NCBI GenBank assembly: GCA_016930515.1
Contig: JAFGGO010000181.1
Span: forward strand, 1 to 11,884
DNA from: Promethearchaeota archaeon
GTDB taxonomy: Archaea > Asgardarchaeota > Lokiarchaeia > Sigyniarchaeales > SOKP01
DNA length: 11,884 bases
Reading direction: 5' to 3'
Numbering within the stretch: position 1 is the stretch's first letter; each line of letters opens with the position of its first letter. The notes beneath the pieces were generated by a model. That model was not told the DNA's origin. It ran no database searches and worked only from the letters and a program-made list of their open reading frames with translations. Positions 1 to 7,615 of the stretch are shown piece after piece. The translations under genes were made by a program, and so were the position numbers.

Positions 1-699
1 GGATATAATGACCAAATTGAGGAATATTTAACACAAATTCTCAAACATTTTAAGTTAATGGAAGATAGGGATTTTCTCTGTTTTATTGAGATAATGATTA
101 GTTTATCAACTATTGCAAAAAATTTATTTTATAATTTGGTAAATAGAACATTCAACAAACAAATAAGTTATATTAATAGAATTGAAAAAGAAAAAATAGA
201 TCCAAGGATACTCACTAAACTAGAAATAAAAGAAAATTCTCCTCTGAAACTCCATATACCAACAAAATCGTTTGCTAAAATATCAAAAAAATCAAATTTA
301 TCAGACATATTTATGAGATATTGGAATGATCCAGTGGATAAAGAGATCAAATCTAATGTTGAAAAATTTTTAGCAGAACTAAAACCAGAAAATAATGTTA
401 TACTTATAAATACTTTTGATTTTGCCTTTAATGAGGAAATAAAAAGAGAGAACATATATGAGAAAGTAAGAGATATCTATATATGTGAAGATTTTTCAAA
501 TCCAAAGATTGAAAGAGTCTATGAAAGTTCGAAAAATAATTTTATTGGATTTCTATATGATTTAGAAGAAAAGAATTCAAATGTGATTTTCGCTTTTGAT
601 AATAATAGAAGGAAAACTATATTTGATAATTATGTAAAGGATGAAAAATTTCTTTATAATTTTATATATCTCGTTTTAGCATACAATGGTAGAATATAA
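1..699 (+). CDS. Hypothetical protein, C-terminal part (5'-truncated by window edge)
   Basis: Frame 1 is open from base 1 (GGA TAT AAT GAC.. = GYNDQIEEYLTQILKHFKL) into the ATG at 58, so the start probably lies upstream of the window. TAA stop at 697-699. No recognisable motif. Confidence 0.75.
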   Translation, partial: GYNDQIEEYLTQILKHFKLMEDRDFLCFIEIMISLSTIAKNLFYNLVNRTFNKQISYINRIEKEKIDPRILTKLEIKENSPLKLHIPTKSFAKISKKSNLSDIFMRYWNDPVDKEIKSNVEKFLAELKPENNVILINTFDFAFNEEIKRENIYEKVRDIYICEDFSNPKIERVYESSKNNFIGFLYDLEEKNSNVIFAFDNNRRKTIFDNYVKDEKFLYNFIYLVLAYNGRI

Positions 700-851
700 A
701 TGAGCAATAATTAAACTGGATATTAAATCATTAAATTATATAGCTATTTAATTTAAATATCTTTAGATAATTTATGATCTAAAATGACGACAAATGTGTC
801 ATATATTATTTTTAAATCAGATGGAATTTTTAATTTTATAAGTGAATAATT

Positions 852-1514
852 GTGAAGAAAAATCTTAAGGAAATATATTTAAACCAACTAAAGGATGTAA
901 TTAAAGAAATTGAACTTAATGATAAAATGAGTATTCAAGAAGCTAGTAGGTTTATTGCTCGTGTTAGCGCAGTCGTTAAAAGAATTATCGGAGAGAATTC
1001 AGAATATTACAAATATATTGAAGAAATAAAAGAGAGATATAATAGATGGAACGATAATCACGATGTAAAATTATCATCCATTCTTGGGGTAATAGAAGGG
1101 TTATATACCGATTTAGAAAAGGATTACTTGAAATCTTTAACAGAATTGATTCACGACGATGTCTTTACTGATTTTTTAGAAATGTCAGAGCACCTGTTAA
1201 GTGAAGGTTTTAAAGACGCTGCTGCCGTCATTACGGGAAGCACCTTGGAAGAACAACTTAGAAAATTGTGTTTAAAATCTGAAATTCAAATAACGGTTAA
1301 ATCTAAAGATAAGATTAATCCAAAAAAAGCAAATCAATTAAATACGGAACTCTACAACAATAAAATTATTAAAAAAGGAGAAACGAAGCAAATTAGCGCT
1401 TGGTTAGATATTAGAAATAATGCAGCTCACGGCAATTACGACGAATACGATGAAAAAAAGGTAGAATTGATGATAGAAGGTATTAGAAATTTTATTTTAA
1501 ATTATCCTGCTTGA
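852..1514 (+). CDS. HEPN-domain protein (DUF4145-like), putative RNase/toxin
   Basis: 220 aa, GTG start with AAGTGA SD-like motif upstream. The C-terminal helical domain has 'AAAVITGSTLEEQLRKL' and the HEPN catalytic Rx4H motif 'WLDIRNNAAHG' (R188-H193, nt 1413-1430). Confidence 0.85.
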   Translation: MKKNLKEIYLNQLKDVIKEIELNDKMSIQEASRFIARVSAVVKRIIGENSEYYKYIEEIKERYNRWNDNHDVKLSSILGVIEGLYTDLEKDYLKSLTELIHDDVFTDFLEMSEHLLSEGFKDAAAVITGSTLEEQLRKLCLKSEIQITVKSKDKINPKKANQLNTELYNNKIIKKGETKQISAWLDIRNNAAHGNYDEYDEKKVELMIEGIRNFILNYPA

Positions 1515-1654
1515 AGCCAGTATAATGAAATTAAAATTTGTTCTTATAATAAATTCTATACTTTAATACAATCAAGGAAAGTAGAATAAAAAATCACGAA
1601 AAAAAGAGGATTTTGAATTTTAAGAAATATTTTAAATGAATTTTTAATCCCTAG

Positions 1655-1671
1655 ATATAAAAATTATAAAT
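1655..1671 (+). promoter_or_regulatory. Putative archaeal BRE/TATA promoter of the LRR-nitrilase gene (near-leaderless)
   Basis: An A-rich tract followed by TTATAAAT (1664-1671) lies about 19-26 nt upstream of ATG 1690, and there is no SD. The AT-rich context makes chance matches likely. Confidence 0.35.
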
Positions 1672-1689
1672 TTAATATAATTTCATATT

Positions 1690-3357
1690 ATGGCATCTGT
1701 TACTTTTAATAGTAAACCCTATAGTTATACACAAGATGATAAATATTTAGATTTAAAGGCCAAAAGGATAAAAAATTTAACTGATATTAAAGGATTGGAC
1801 AAATGCACGGATCTAGAAGCCCTAAATCTGGGAAGTAATGAAATTAAAGAAATTGTTGGATTAGAAAATCTTCGTAACTTGAAAAGATTATATCTTGAGG
1901 ATAATCAAATCCAAGAAATTAAGGGTTTGGATAATTTAGTGAATTTAGAAACTTTAGTTCTAAAGCGAAATCATATTAAAGAAATTAAGGGATTGGATGA
2001 ATTAAGGAGTTTAAAATCTTTAAATTTAGAAAACAATCATATAGAAGATATAAAAGGATTGGAGTCCTTATCAAACCTAAATTTTTTGTCATTAACTCAT
2101 AATCCAATAAAAAGTATTGAAAATATAGAACATCTTGATAATTTAATGCGTATTTTTTTGGATAAAACAAAACTCAAAAATTATGATAAAATTATTTCAG
2201 AAACGGGAACTGCTCAAGAAATAGTCGAATATTCTTTAAATAAAGAAGATATTAATTTTGATGATTATGATATTAGTAAAACCCTAAAAGAGAACTTAAA
2301 AGATTTAGAAGAAAAAATGAGTAAACTTGATGAATCAATTATCATAAATTTTGGAACACATAAAGAAAGAGAGAAATATTTTAAAATGAGACGGCTTCTG
2401 TTTTTAAAAAAACAACATCCTTCAAAAAAACTTATTACAGATGAGTTATCTATTAAAAACGAAAATATTGTAATTCATTTAATTCAATTTCTATCCCTAA
2501 AAGGCGTCAATAAGAAAAAAAGAAAAAGTGATATAAAATCCAATAAAAAAAATTATGGAAATAAAATAAAAGATTTTCAAAATTTTACAAATTTTTTTTG
2601 GAATCGAAATGTTTGCGAACAAAATAATGTCCTTATCTATGATCAAAATCGTGAAATAATTAAAAATAAGATAAAAGAAATGCTTTTATTATCAAGGTAT
2701 GATCCAAAGAAACTTCCAGATTTGATTGTTTTTCCAGAAAATTCAATTCCTAGAGATTGCATGGATTCATTGAAAAAATATTCGCTAGACAATGATGTCA
2801 TTATAATCGGAGGATTAGAACACGAAGAAAGCGATTCTTCTAATCAATATGTTAATAAAGCGTTCATAATACATGATGGAAATGTAGATTATCAAATCAA
2901 GCAAACACCTGTCAGAATTTATTCAAAAGATTCTTCAAAATATAAACAGGAAAGTATTAAATGTGCCATAATTCCCGAAATCAATATTTACGAAACTAGA
3001 ATAGGAAAGATGGTAATATTGATTTGTAAGGATTTTTTAAGATTGTATAAAATTGTTCCTAAATGGATAATTGATAATGATATTAAATTTGTCGTGATAC
3101 CATCTCTATCTAACAAATTTTTACCTTTTCTTTCAAAGTTAACCCAAACATTCTATACATATCAACTTGATAATGTTTACTTCATTTTTGTTAATGTTGC
3201 TGAATATGGAGGATCGGAGATATTTTCGGTCGATGATATTAATAGAATTGAACTGAATTATCAATTGAACGATAGAGATAACATTGGAGAAAGGTTATTA
3301 GTGCGAAAGATAAAAAAAGTAAAAGAGGATTCGTTATTTGAGGTATATGTATATTAA
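1690..3357 (+). CDS. Leucine-rich repeat protein fused to a C-terminal carbon-nitrogen hydrolase (nitrilase-superfamily) domain
   Basis: About 6-7 22-aa SDS22-like LRRs (LxxLxLxxNxIxxIxGL) at aa ~20-160. Nitrilase fold motifs: 'IHLIQF', 'DLIVFPE350NSIP', 'IIIGGLEH', 'NKAFII', 'QIK404Q', 'ILIC446KDF', 'VVIPS', 'FVNVAEYGGSEIF'. The E-K-C triad is complete. Confidence 0.88.
   Translation: MASVTFNSKPYSYTQDDKYLDLKAKRIKNLTDIKGLDKCTDLEALNLGSNEIKEIVGLENLRNLKRLYLEDNQIQEIKGLDNLVNLETLVLKRNHIKEIKGLDELRSLKSLNLENNHIEDIKGLESLSNLNFLSLTHNPIKSIENIEHLDNLMRIFLDKTKLKNYDKIISETGTAQEIVEYSLNKEDINFDDYDISKTLKENLKDLEEKMSKLDESIIINFGTHKEREKYFKMRRLLFLKKQHPSKKLITDELSIKNENIVIHLIQFLSLKGVNKKKRKSDIKSNKKNYGNKIKDFQNFTNFFWNRNVCEQNNVLIYDQNREIIKNKIKEMLLLSRYDPKKLPDLIVFPENSIPRDCMDSLKKYSLDNDVIIIGGLEHEESDSSNQYVNKAFIIHDGNVDYQIKQTPVRIYSKDSSKYKQESIKCAIIPEINIYETRIGKMVILICKDFLRLYKIVPKWIIDNDIKFVVIPSLSNKFLPFLSKLTQTFYTYQLDNVYFIFVNVAEYGGSEIFSVDDINRIELNYQLNDRDNIGERLLVRKIKKVKEDSLFEVYVY
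1741..2172 (+). repeat. Degenerate 66-nt coding tandem repeat (LRR units)
   Basis: For example gaaattaagggtttggataatt at 1915 and gaaattaagggattggatgaat at 1981 are 66 nt apart, matching the 22-aa LRR period. Confidence 0.8.
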
Positions 3358-3387
3358 AAGATGAAAATAATTTAATGATCTTGAAAT

Positions 3388-6300
3388 TTATGTAATGTTA
3401 AATATTTCTTCCCCATCATACCATAATTTATTGTTCCTTTCGTAAATGTATTTAATACACGAGAAAACAATATCCCTCAAGTGTTCGTCCTCGGAATTGA
3501 GTAATTTACTCAGGAATTTTATCGTTTTATGGGTTCCTATTGGTATCAAGGAATTCAACGAGCTATATAGACGATAACCGTCTGAGAACTTCTCTTTCAA
3601 GAAATTGATGATTCTTTGTTCAAAATTTTGGGGTTTAATTAACATAATAATCTGAAATAAGTATCCGATTAAAAAATCATGTTCTTTATCAAGTAAATCA
3701 GCAAGATCCAGGCAAAATATAATATAATCTTCTGAATCAATAATTATCTTGCTAAAATTTAAACCAAAAATAAATGAGTCCAAATTTTTAATCGGGTTAT
3801 CAGACTCTAATATTTTCTTTTTTATGATTTTCAAGAAATCGAGAGAGATTTCGCTTGAAAATTTGTTTAACGGTCCTAATGTAAATGATAAATTTTCGAA
3901 ACTATCAGTCCTACAAATATATTTTTCGAATAATTCCGATGCTTGCTCTATTTCACCATTGTCCAATAATAATTCGATTAATTGCCCCATTAATAAGTAG
4001 TCGTGATATTTTTCTGGTTCTTCAAAGTATTTATTGAAGTATATCGTGATTATTTCTTTTGATCTATTAACATCGAGAGAAAAAAACGGTTTGAGTAATT
4101 TGATTAAAGATCTGTTTAAAAAAAATTGTTTTATCTCCAATAGCGCTTCAATTTTATATTTCGCAAGTAAATCGTATGTTGATTCTAAAACAAATTCGTG
4201 AGGGTAATTTCTATATGGTAAGAGAAAATCTGCCAATTCTTCCGTTTTAAAATTCAAGATGTTATTATCGTCTAATAGTCGTTCGAGAATCAAGTGTAAT
4301 GTGTAGGATAATTGATAGGAAGGAAATTTTTCTTTGAATGTTTTAATATCGCTTTTGAGAAGATCAATATCAAATTTTTCAACATCCACGCCTTCTTCTT
4401 TAAAATGATAGAGTAAATCCATGATTACATTGAATTCAATCTGGATGCTTGAATGTCTTAAAATATTCGCATAACTTTCACGATATTTTGGATATTTTGT
4501 ATCATCCTTTATAATTTTAATAATATCAGGAAGGTAATGTTTTCTTAATACAGAACCAGCTAGAGATTCGACACGATGACAAAAAACATCTAAATATTCT
4601 TTATCTATTATATTGAACAACAAGGGCATTATATCTTCTTGCTTACCGATTGAAAACATTATCTTTTTCAAACCATCCTCTCTAATATGATGGTTCTCTG
4701 AAATATTTAATCCAAAATCTTTTGGTTTTCTATATAATTCTTTAATTTTATTTTTAGAATTCTCTGTTAACTTATTCTTATCTGATATGAGTGCAAGTGC
4801 GTCTCCAATAGTTTTTAAATAATCTACACCTCTCCATTCTTGTTCTAATTCGTTTATAAGTATATCTTGAATGAATTTATCGCCATAATTCGATAAGGCT
4901 GACATTATGGTCTCCCTAATTTGTTTTACATTAAAATCCATCCTTTGATTGATTTTATCTATATTGCTAATAAGAAAATTTCGAGCGTCGTCTCCGCCTA
5001 ATTTTCCTATGGATTCCATGATCCATATGAGTATTTCTGATCTAGTATATTTTTCAAAAATACATTTCAAGACGGAAAAAGTATCATCAACTGTTCGAAG
5101 ATACTTTGTTAAAAGCTCTAAAGAAATCGTTCTTACGGCCCTATATTTTGAATTCAGCTTTTCTAGCAATACCTTTTTTATTACCATTTTTTCGTCAAGG
5201 TTTGCGTTTGATTTTTGTAGAAACGATTCGACATACAAGAAACTATTGGTTTTCTTCAAATTATTCGTATATTCGTCGTTATCTATAAAGGGAAAGCTTA
5301 TCACGATCAATTCTTTCAGCTTGAAATCGTGGAAAAGGATGCTTGGGTCGTATTTTAAAGCGTTCCTGTTGATTCTATCTACGAACTCAATTGAACCAAA
5401 ATAATTTAGCAGTAAATCGTGCCAGAATCGATACTGGTTTTTTTCTTTTATTATGTAATTGGTGTTGATGAAAAAATCTTCAATATCGTCGTCAGTGAGA
5501 GAATTTTTAATTTCAAAATCTCTTCTCAAGGGCGATGTGATGCTAGCTAAAATAGAATGAAATTGAGAATAATATAAGTTATTTGATTTAAGATTATATA
5601 ACATTTCAAAACTTAATTTACACAAAATTTTGTTTGGTAGTTCTAACAAATCGTTGTTGTATGCTAATTGTTTTGTTTTCAGATGGTCTTCAAAGTAAGC
5701 GCGTGTCAGCTCTTTTAAAATTTCGAAAATGGAATTTGGAAAGGAAGAAAATTTTCCATAATAAATTATGAGGTAATTCAGTAATAATGGCTTGTTAACG
5801 AATTCGCTCAGGTTTTTTTCTTGAATGTGGTTGAAAAAGTCTTCCGCGTCAGAATTTAAATTGTTTTGCACGTGGGTTCGGAGATCCTCAATCATTGGTG
5901 GTTCTAACGATATCACTTCGCTAAAATTTTCTTTAAAGTGTGAGGGTACGATGTGTTTTCTAGTCGTAAGAATTACGGGTATCTTTGGATAATTCCTTTT
6001 GAATAATTCGAACTTCTTGAAAAAATCTCTCGAAACAGTTGTGTCTAATTCGTCAAAACCATCCAAGAATAATGATATATTTCCGTCTTTTAAATGGTTT
6101 TGAATGTCCTTCAAATCGATGGAGAGAATATGTAATTCGTTTAAAACGAAGTTTTCCAAATCTGAGTTTTCTGTCCAATATTTTAATTCCAAGAGAATGG
6201 GTAACTTTTTAATTTCACTTGATATGAGTTTTTTCACGAACGATCTCTGTAGGTGTCGCAATAAAACGCTTTTTCCCACCCCAGAATCTCCTTCAAGGAG

Positions 6301-7167
6301 ATAAGATCTTGCGAAAGTCAATTTCTTTAACTTAGAAGCGCGTTTTTCGTCAGTTTTTTTGTCTCTTTCTCCTTCCATTTGAGGACTATTCCTATTATCA
6401 TTTGATTCTTCATTTTTTAATGTGCTTTCTATTCTCTCAAATAATCCATTAAAACCAATGTTCTCACCGTTCTCAAGATTAAAATAAAATATTTGATAAT
6501 CTCGAATTTTAACGATTTCTTCGTTTAACGCGTGAATTATATAGTCGTTCTCAAAATGTTCCTTGATGTAGTCCCGAAAATCAGTGAAATCGATATTTCT
6601 TGAGAAAGGCGCATCAATCGTTTTTTGAAATTCAGAAATCTTTTCCAAGAATGAATCGAATTGGTGTCTTTTATGCAACATAGCGCTAATCGAGGGAAAT
6701 TTTAAATCGATTTCTTCCAAGGTTTCGCATTTTAAAATTAATTCGTTAAAATCGTAAATATGGAATTGGAATCCATTTGTTAAAATTGATATATTTGATT
6801 GAACGACCAAGTGATACGCGTTTTTTTGCTTGGTGTGTTTTTCGATCTTTTGGTTAGGACCTTTAATTTCAACAAAAAAAAGCGCTTTATCCTCGTTATC
6901 GTTGCGGAAAATCTTTTTTCGTTCCCTATCGTTGACGACTATGACATCGGGTTCGGCTTGTAAATCTTTAATCTCAATTGTTTTATTTCGATTGATCGGG
7001 ATTGTTCGAGTTTTAAAGGCCTCTCCAACTTTGTAACGCTTCTTAAAAAAGAAATTCAGGTGTTGATATCCCAGAAAATCCCTCAAAAAAGGTAATACGA
7101 ATTTATGAGCAATTTCGTCTTCGTTTTTGTAATTTCTATTAGCGAATGTCCTAAGAATTTTACCCAT
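3388..7167 (-). CDS. NLR-like STAND protein: N-terminal HsdR-N-type PD-(D/E)xK nuclease, NACHT NTPase, C-terminal HEAT/ARM-like helical repeats
   Basis: 1259 aa. Nuclease: 'NEDEIAHKFVLPFL..LGY', PD74, E100-I-K102, Q114xxxY118, 'ILTNG'. NACHT: Walker A G293DSGVGKS, Walker B 'LFLD369GFDE', sensor-1 'VILTTR', 'KPLLL', winged helix 'YRFWHDLLLNYF'. HEAT-like segments: 'LNSKYRAVRTISLELL', 'ESIGKLGGDDARNFL', 'LLNSEDEHLRDIVFSCI'. Confidence 0.88.
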   Translation of the reverse strand: MGKILRTFANRNYKNEDEIAHKFVLPFLRDFLGYQHLNFFFKKRYKVGEAFKTRTIPINRNKTIEIKDLQAEPDVIVVNDRERKKIFRNDNEDKALFFVEIKGPNQKIEKHTKQKNAYHLVVQSNISILTNGFQFHIYDFNELILKCETLEEIDLKFPSISAMLHKRHQFDSFLEKISEFQKTIDAPFSRNIDFTDFRDYIKEHFENDYIIHALNEEIVKIRDYQIFYFNLENGENIGFNGLFERIESTLKNEESNDNRNSPQMEGERDKKTDEKRASKLKKLTFARSYLLEGDSGVGKSVLLRHLQRSFVKKLISSEIKKLPILLELKYWTENSDLENFVLNELHILSIDLKDIQNHLKDGNISLFLDGFDELDTTVSRDFFKKFELFKRNYPKIPVILTTRKHIVPSHFKENFSEVISLEPPMIEDLRTHVQNNLNSDAEDFFNHIQEKNLSEFVNKPLLLNYLIIYYGKFSSFPNSIFEILKELTRAYFEDHLKTKQLAYNNDLLELPNKILCKLSFEMLYNLKSNNLYYSQFHSILASITSPLRRDFEIKNSLTDDDIEDFFINTNYIIKEKNQYRFWHDLLLNYFGSIEFVDRINRNALKYDPSILFHDFKLKELIVISFPFIDNDEYTNNLKKTNSFLYVESFLQKSNANLDEKMVIKKVLLEKLNSKYRAVRTISLELLTKYLRTVDDTFSVLKCIFEKYTRSEILIWIMESIGKLGGDDARNFLISNIDKINQRMDFNVKQIRETIMSALSNYGDKFIQDILINELEQEWRGVDYLKTIGDALALISDKNKLTENSKNKIKELYRKPKDFGLNISENHHIREDGLKKIMFSIGKQEDIMPLLFNIIDKEYLDVFCHRVESLAGSVLRKHYLPDIIKIIKDDTKYPKYRESYANILRHSSIQIEFNVIMDLLYHFKEEGVDVEKFDIDLLKSDIKTFKEKFPSYQLSYTLHLILERLLDDNNILNFKTEELADFLLPYRNYPHEFVLESTYDLLAKYKIEALLEIKQFFLNRSLIKLLKPFFSLDVNRSKEIITIYFNKYFEEPEKYHDYLLMGQLIELLLDNGEIEQASELFEKYICRTDSFENLSFTLGPLNKFSSEISLDFLKIIKKKILESDNPIKNLDSFIFGLNFSKIIIDSEDYIIFCLDLADLLDKEHDFLIGYLFQIIMLIKPQNFEQRIINFLKEKFSDGYRLYSSLNSLIPIGTHKTIKFLSKLLNSEDEHLRDIVFSCIKYIYERNNKLWYDGEEIFNIT

Positions 7168-7186
7168 AATTATAAGGACTCTATTT

Positions 7187-7194
7187 TATTTAAA
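7187..7194 (-). promoter_or_regulatory. Putative TATA box of the NACHT gene (near-leaderless)
   Basis: Minus-strand TTTAAATA lies 20-27 nt upstream of ATG 7167. No SD is visible. Confidence 0.4.
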
Positions 7195-7295
7195 ATAATT
7201 AATTATTAATGTGCCATTAGCTATCGCAGTTTGTATTTTTAATCCCTTCTAAAATATGGCATTTTTGATTTTAAATAGAATCTTTTGTTTAGGTG

Positions 7296-7365
7296 AGGTG
7301 TGATCAGTATTGGTATAGGACCTGATGTCGGGGTCTTGATCGGTCATTTCTCGATTGCTGAACCT
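7296..7365 (+). ncRNA. Candidate box C/D-like or hairpin small RNA (alternative: 24-aa small ORF 7300-7374)
   Basis: GC-richer island in an AT-rich spacer. Terminal AGGT/ACCT stem. C-like GTGATCA (7300), D' CTGA (7322), C'-like TTGATCG (7336), D CTGA (7358), with two equal 15-nt spacers. TTTAAATA at 7270-7277 upstream and a T-run at 7388-7393 downstream. The C boxes deviate from RUGAUGA. Confidence 0.35.
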
Positions 7366-7537
7366 GTTCTATGATCATTGGTGCGAATTTTTTCTTGGTA
7401 TTATTAACGCGAGGTTTTTTATAAATGAATGCACTTTTAAGGTTTTCTAATGAAAATGCCCGGATGGAGGGCGATCTTGAAGGAGATTAGAGAGAATGAG
7501 AAATGTGGCGCTCGCACCGGGATTTGAACCCGGGTCA

Positions 7538-7567
7538 TTTTCCACAAGAAGAGAAACTCCTATTGTA
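7538..7567 (-). other. tRNA intron 2 (30 nt, position 43/44; 44/45 gives the same spliced product)
   Basis: TACAATAGGAGTTTCTCTTCTTGTGGAAAA. Relaxed BHB: bulge UG^U, central helix CTCC/GGAA (3/4 pairs), intron hairpin ACAATAGGAG/CTCTTCTTGT (9/10 pairs), exon helix GTCA/TGAC. Removal restores the standard short variable loop UGAC. Confidence 0.85.
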
Positions 7568-7585
7568 CAGGAGTGACAGTCCCGT

Positions 7586-7615
7586 TACAGCCTCTCATTG
7601 TTATCCAATGAAAGA
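7586..7615 (-). other. tRNA intron 1 (30 nt, position 25/26)
   Basis: TCTTTCATTGGATAACAATGAGAGGCTGTA. BHB-type motif: central helix CAGC(exon)/GCTG(intron), 4/4 pairs; bulges AU^U and UA^A; intron hairpin CTTTCATTG/CAATGAGAG (9 bp, one G-U). The exon-side outer helix is weak. Confidence 0.9.

Noticed and set aside
168-2170. Minus-strand ORFs 168-455 and 1985-2170
   Set aside because: Antisense shadows of longer plus-strand genes, with no motifs.
1741-2172. CRISPR array or DGR repeat
   Set aside because: The periodicity is fully explained by LRR codons. No identical repeats with spacers and no adenine-specific template/variable pair were seen.
3749-7036. Plus-strand ORFs 3749-4000, 4949-5404, 5106-5288, 6104-6304, 6830-7036
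   Set aside because: They lie entirely antisense within the NACHT gene, and their Ser/Phe/Ile-rich composition is typical of shadow ORFs.
7296-7365. Eukaryote-like SECIS element (GUGA..GA core)
   Set aside because: Helix II does not form in the required register, and there is no UGA-containing selenoprotein gene upstream on this strand.
7453-7473. GCCC/GGGC hairpin followed by a short T-run downstream of the tRNA
   Set aside because: Only a 4-bp stem. It could be a terminator but is too weak to call.
1-7505. attL/attR duplication of the tRNA 3' end, integrase or transposase
   Set aside because: None was found by eye within the window, so island status remains an inference.
7538-7567. Long variable arm (Ser/Leu/Sec-type) instead of an intron
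   Set aside because: The GUC anticodon and Asp identity elements indicate a short-arm tRNA, and the insert has BHB-like geometry.
7557-7574. Canonical 37/38 intron reading (ATAG could pair with anticodon-loop CTGT)
   Set aside because: Splicing there gives a poor anticodon stem and leaves extra sequence. The 43/44 solution gives a standard tRNA-Asp.
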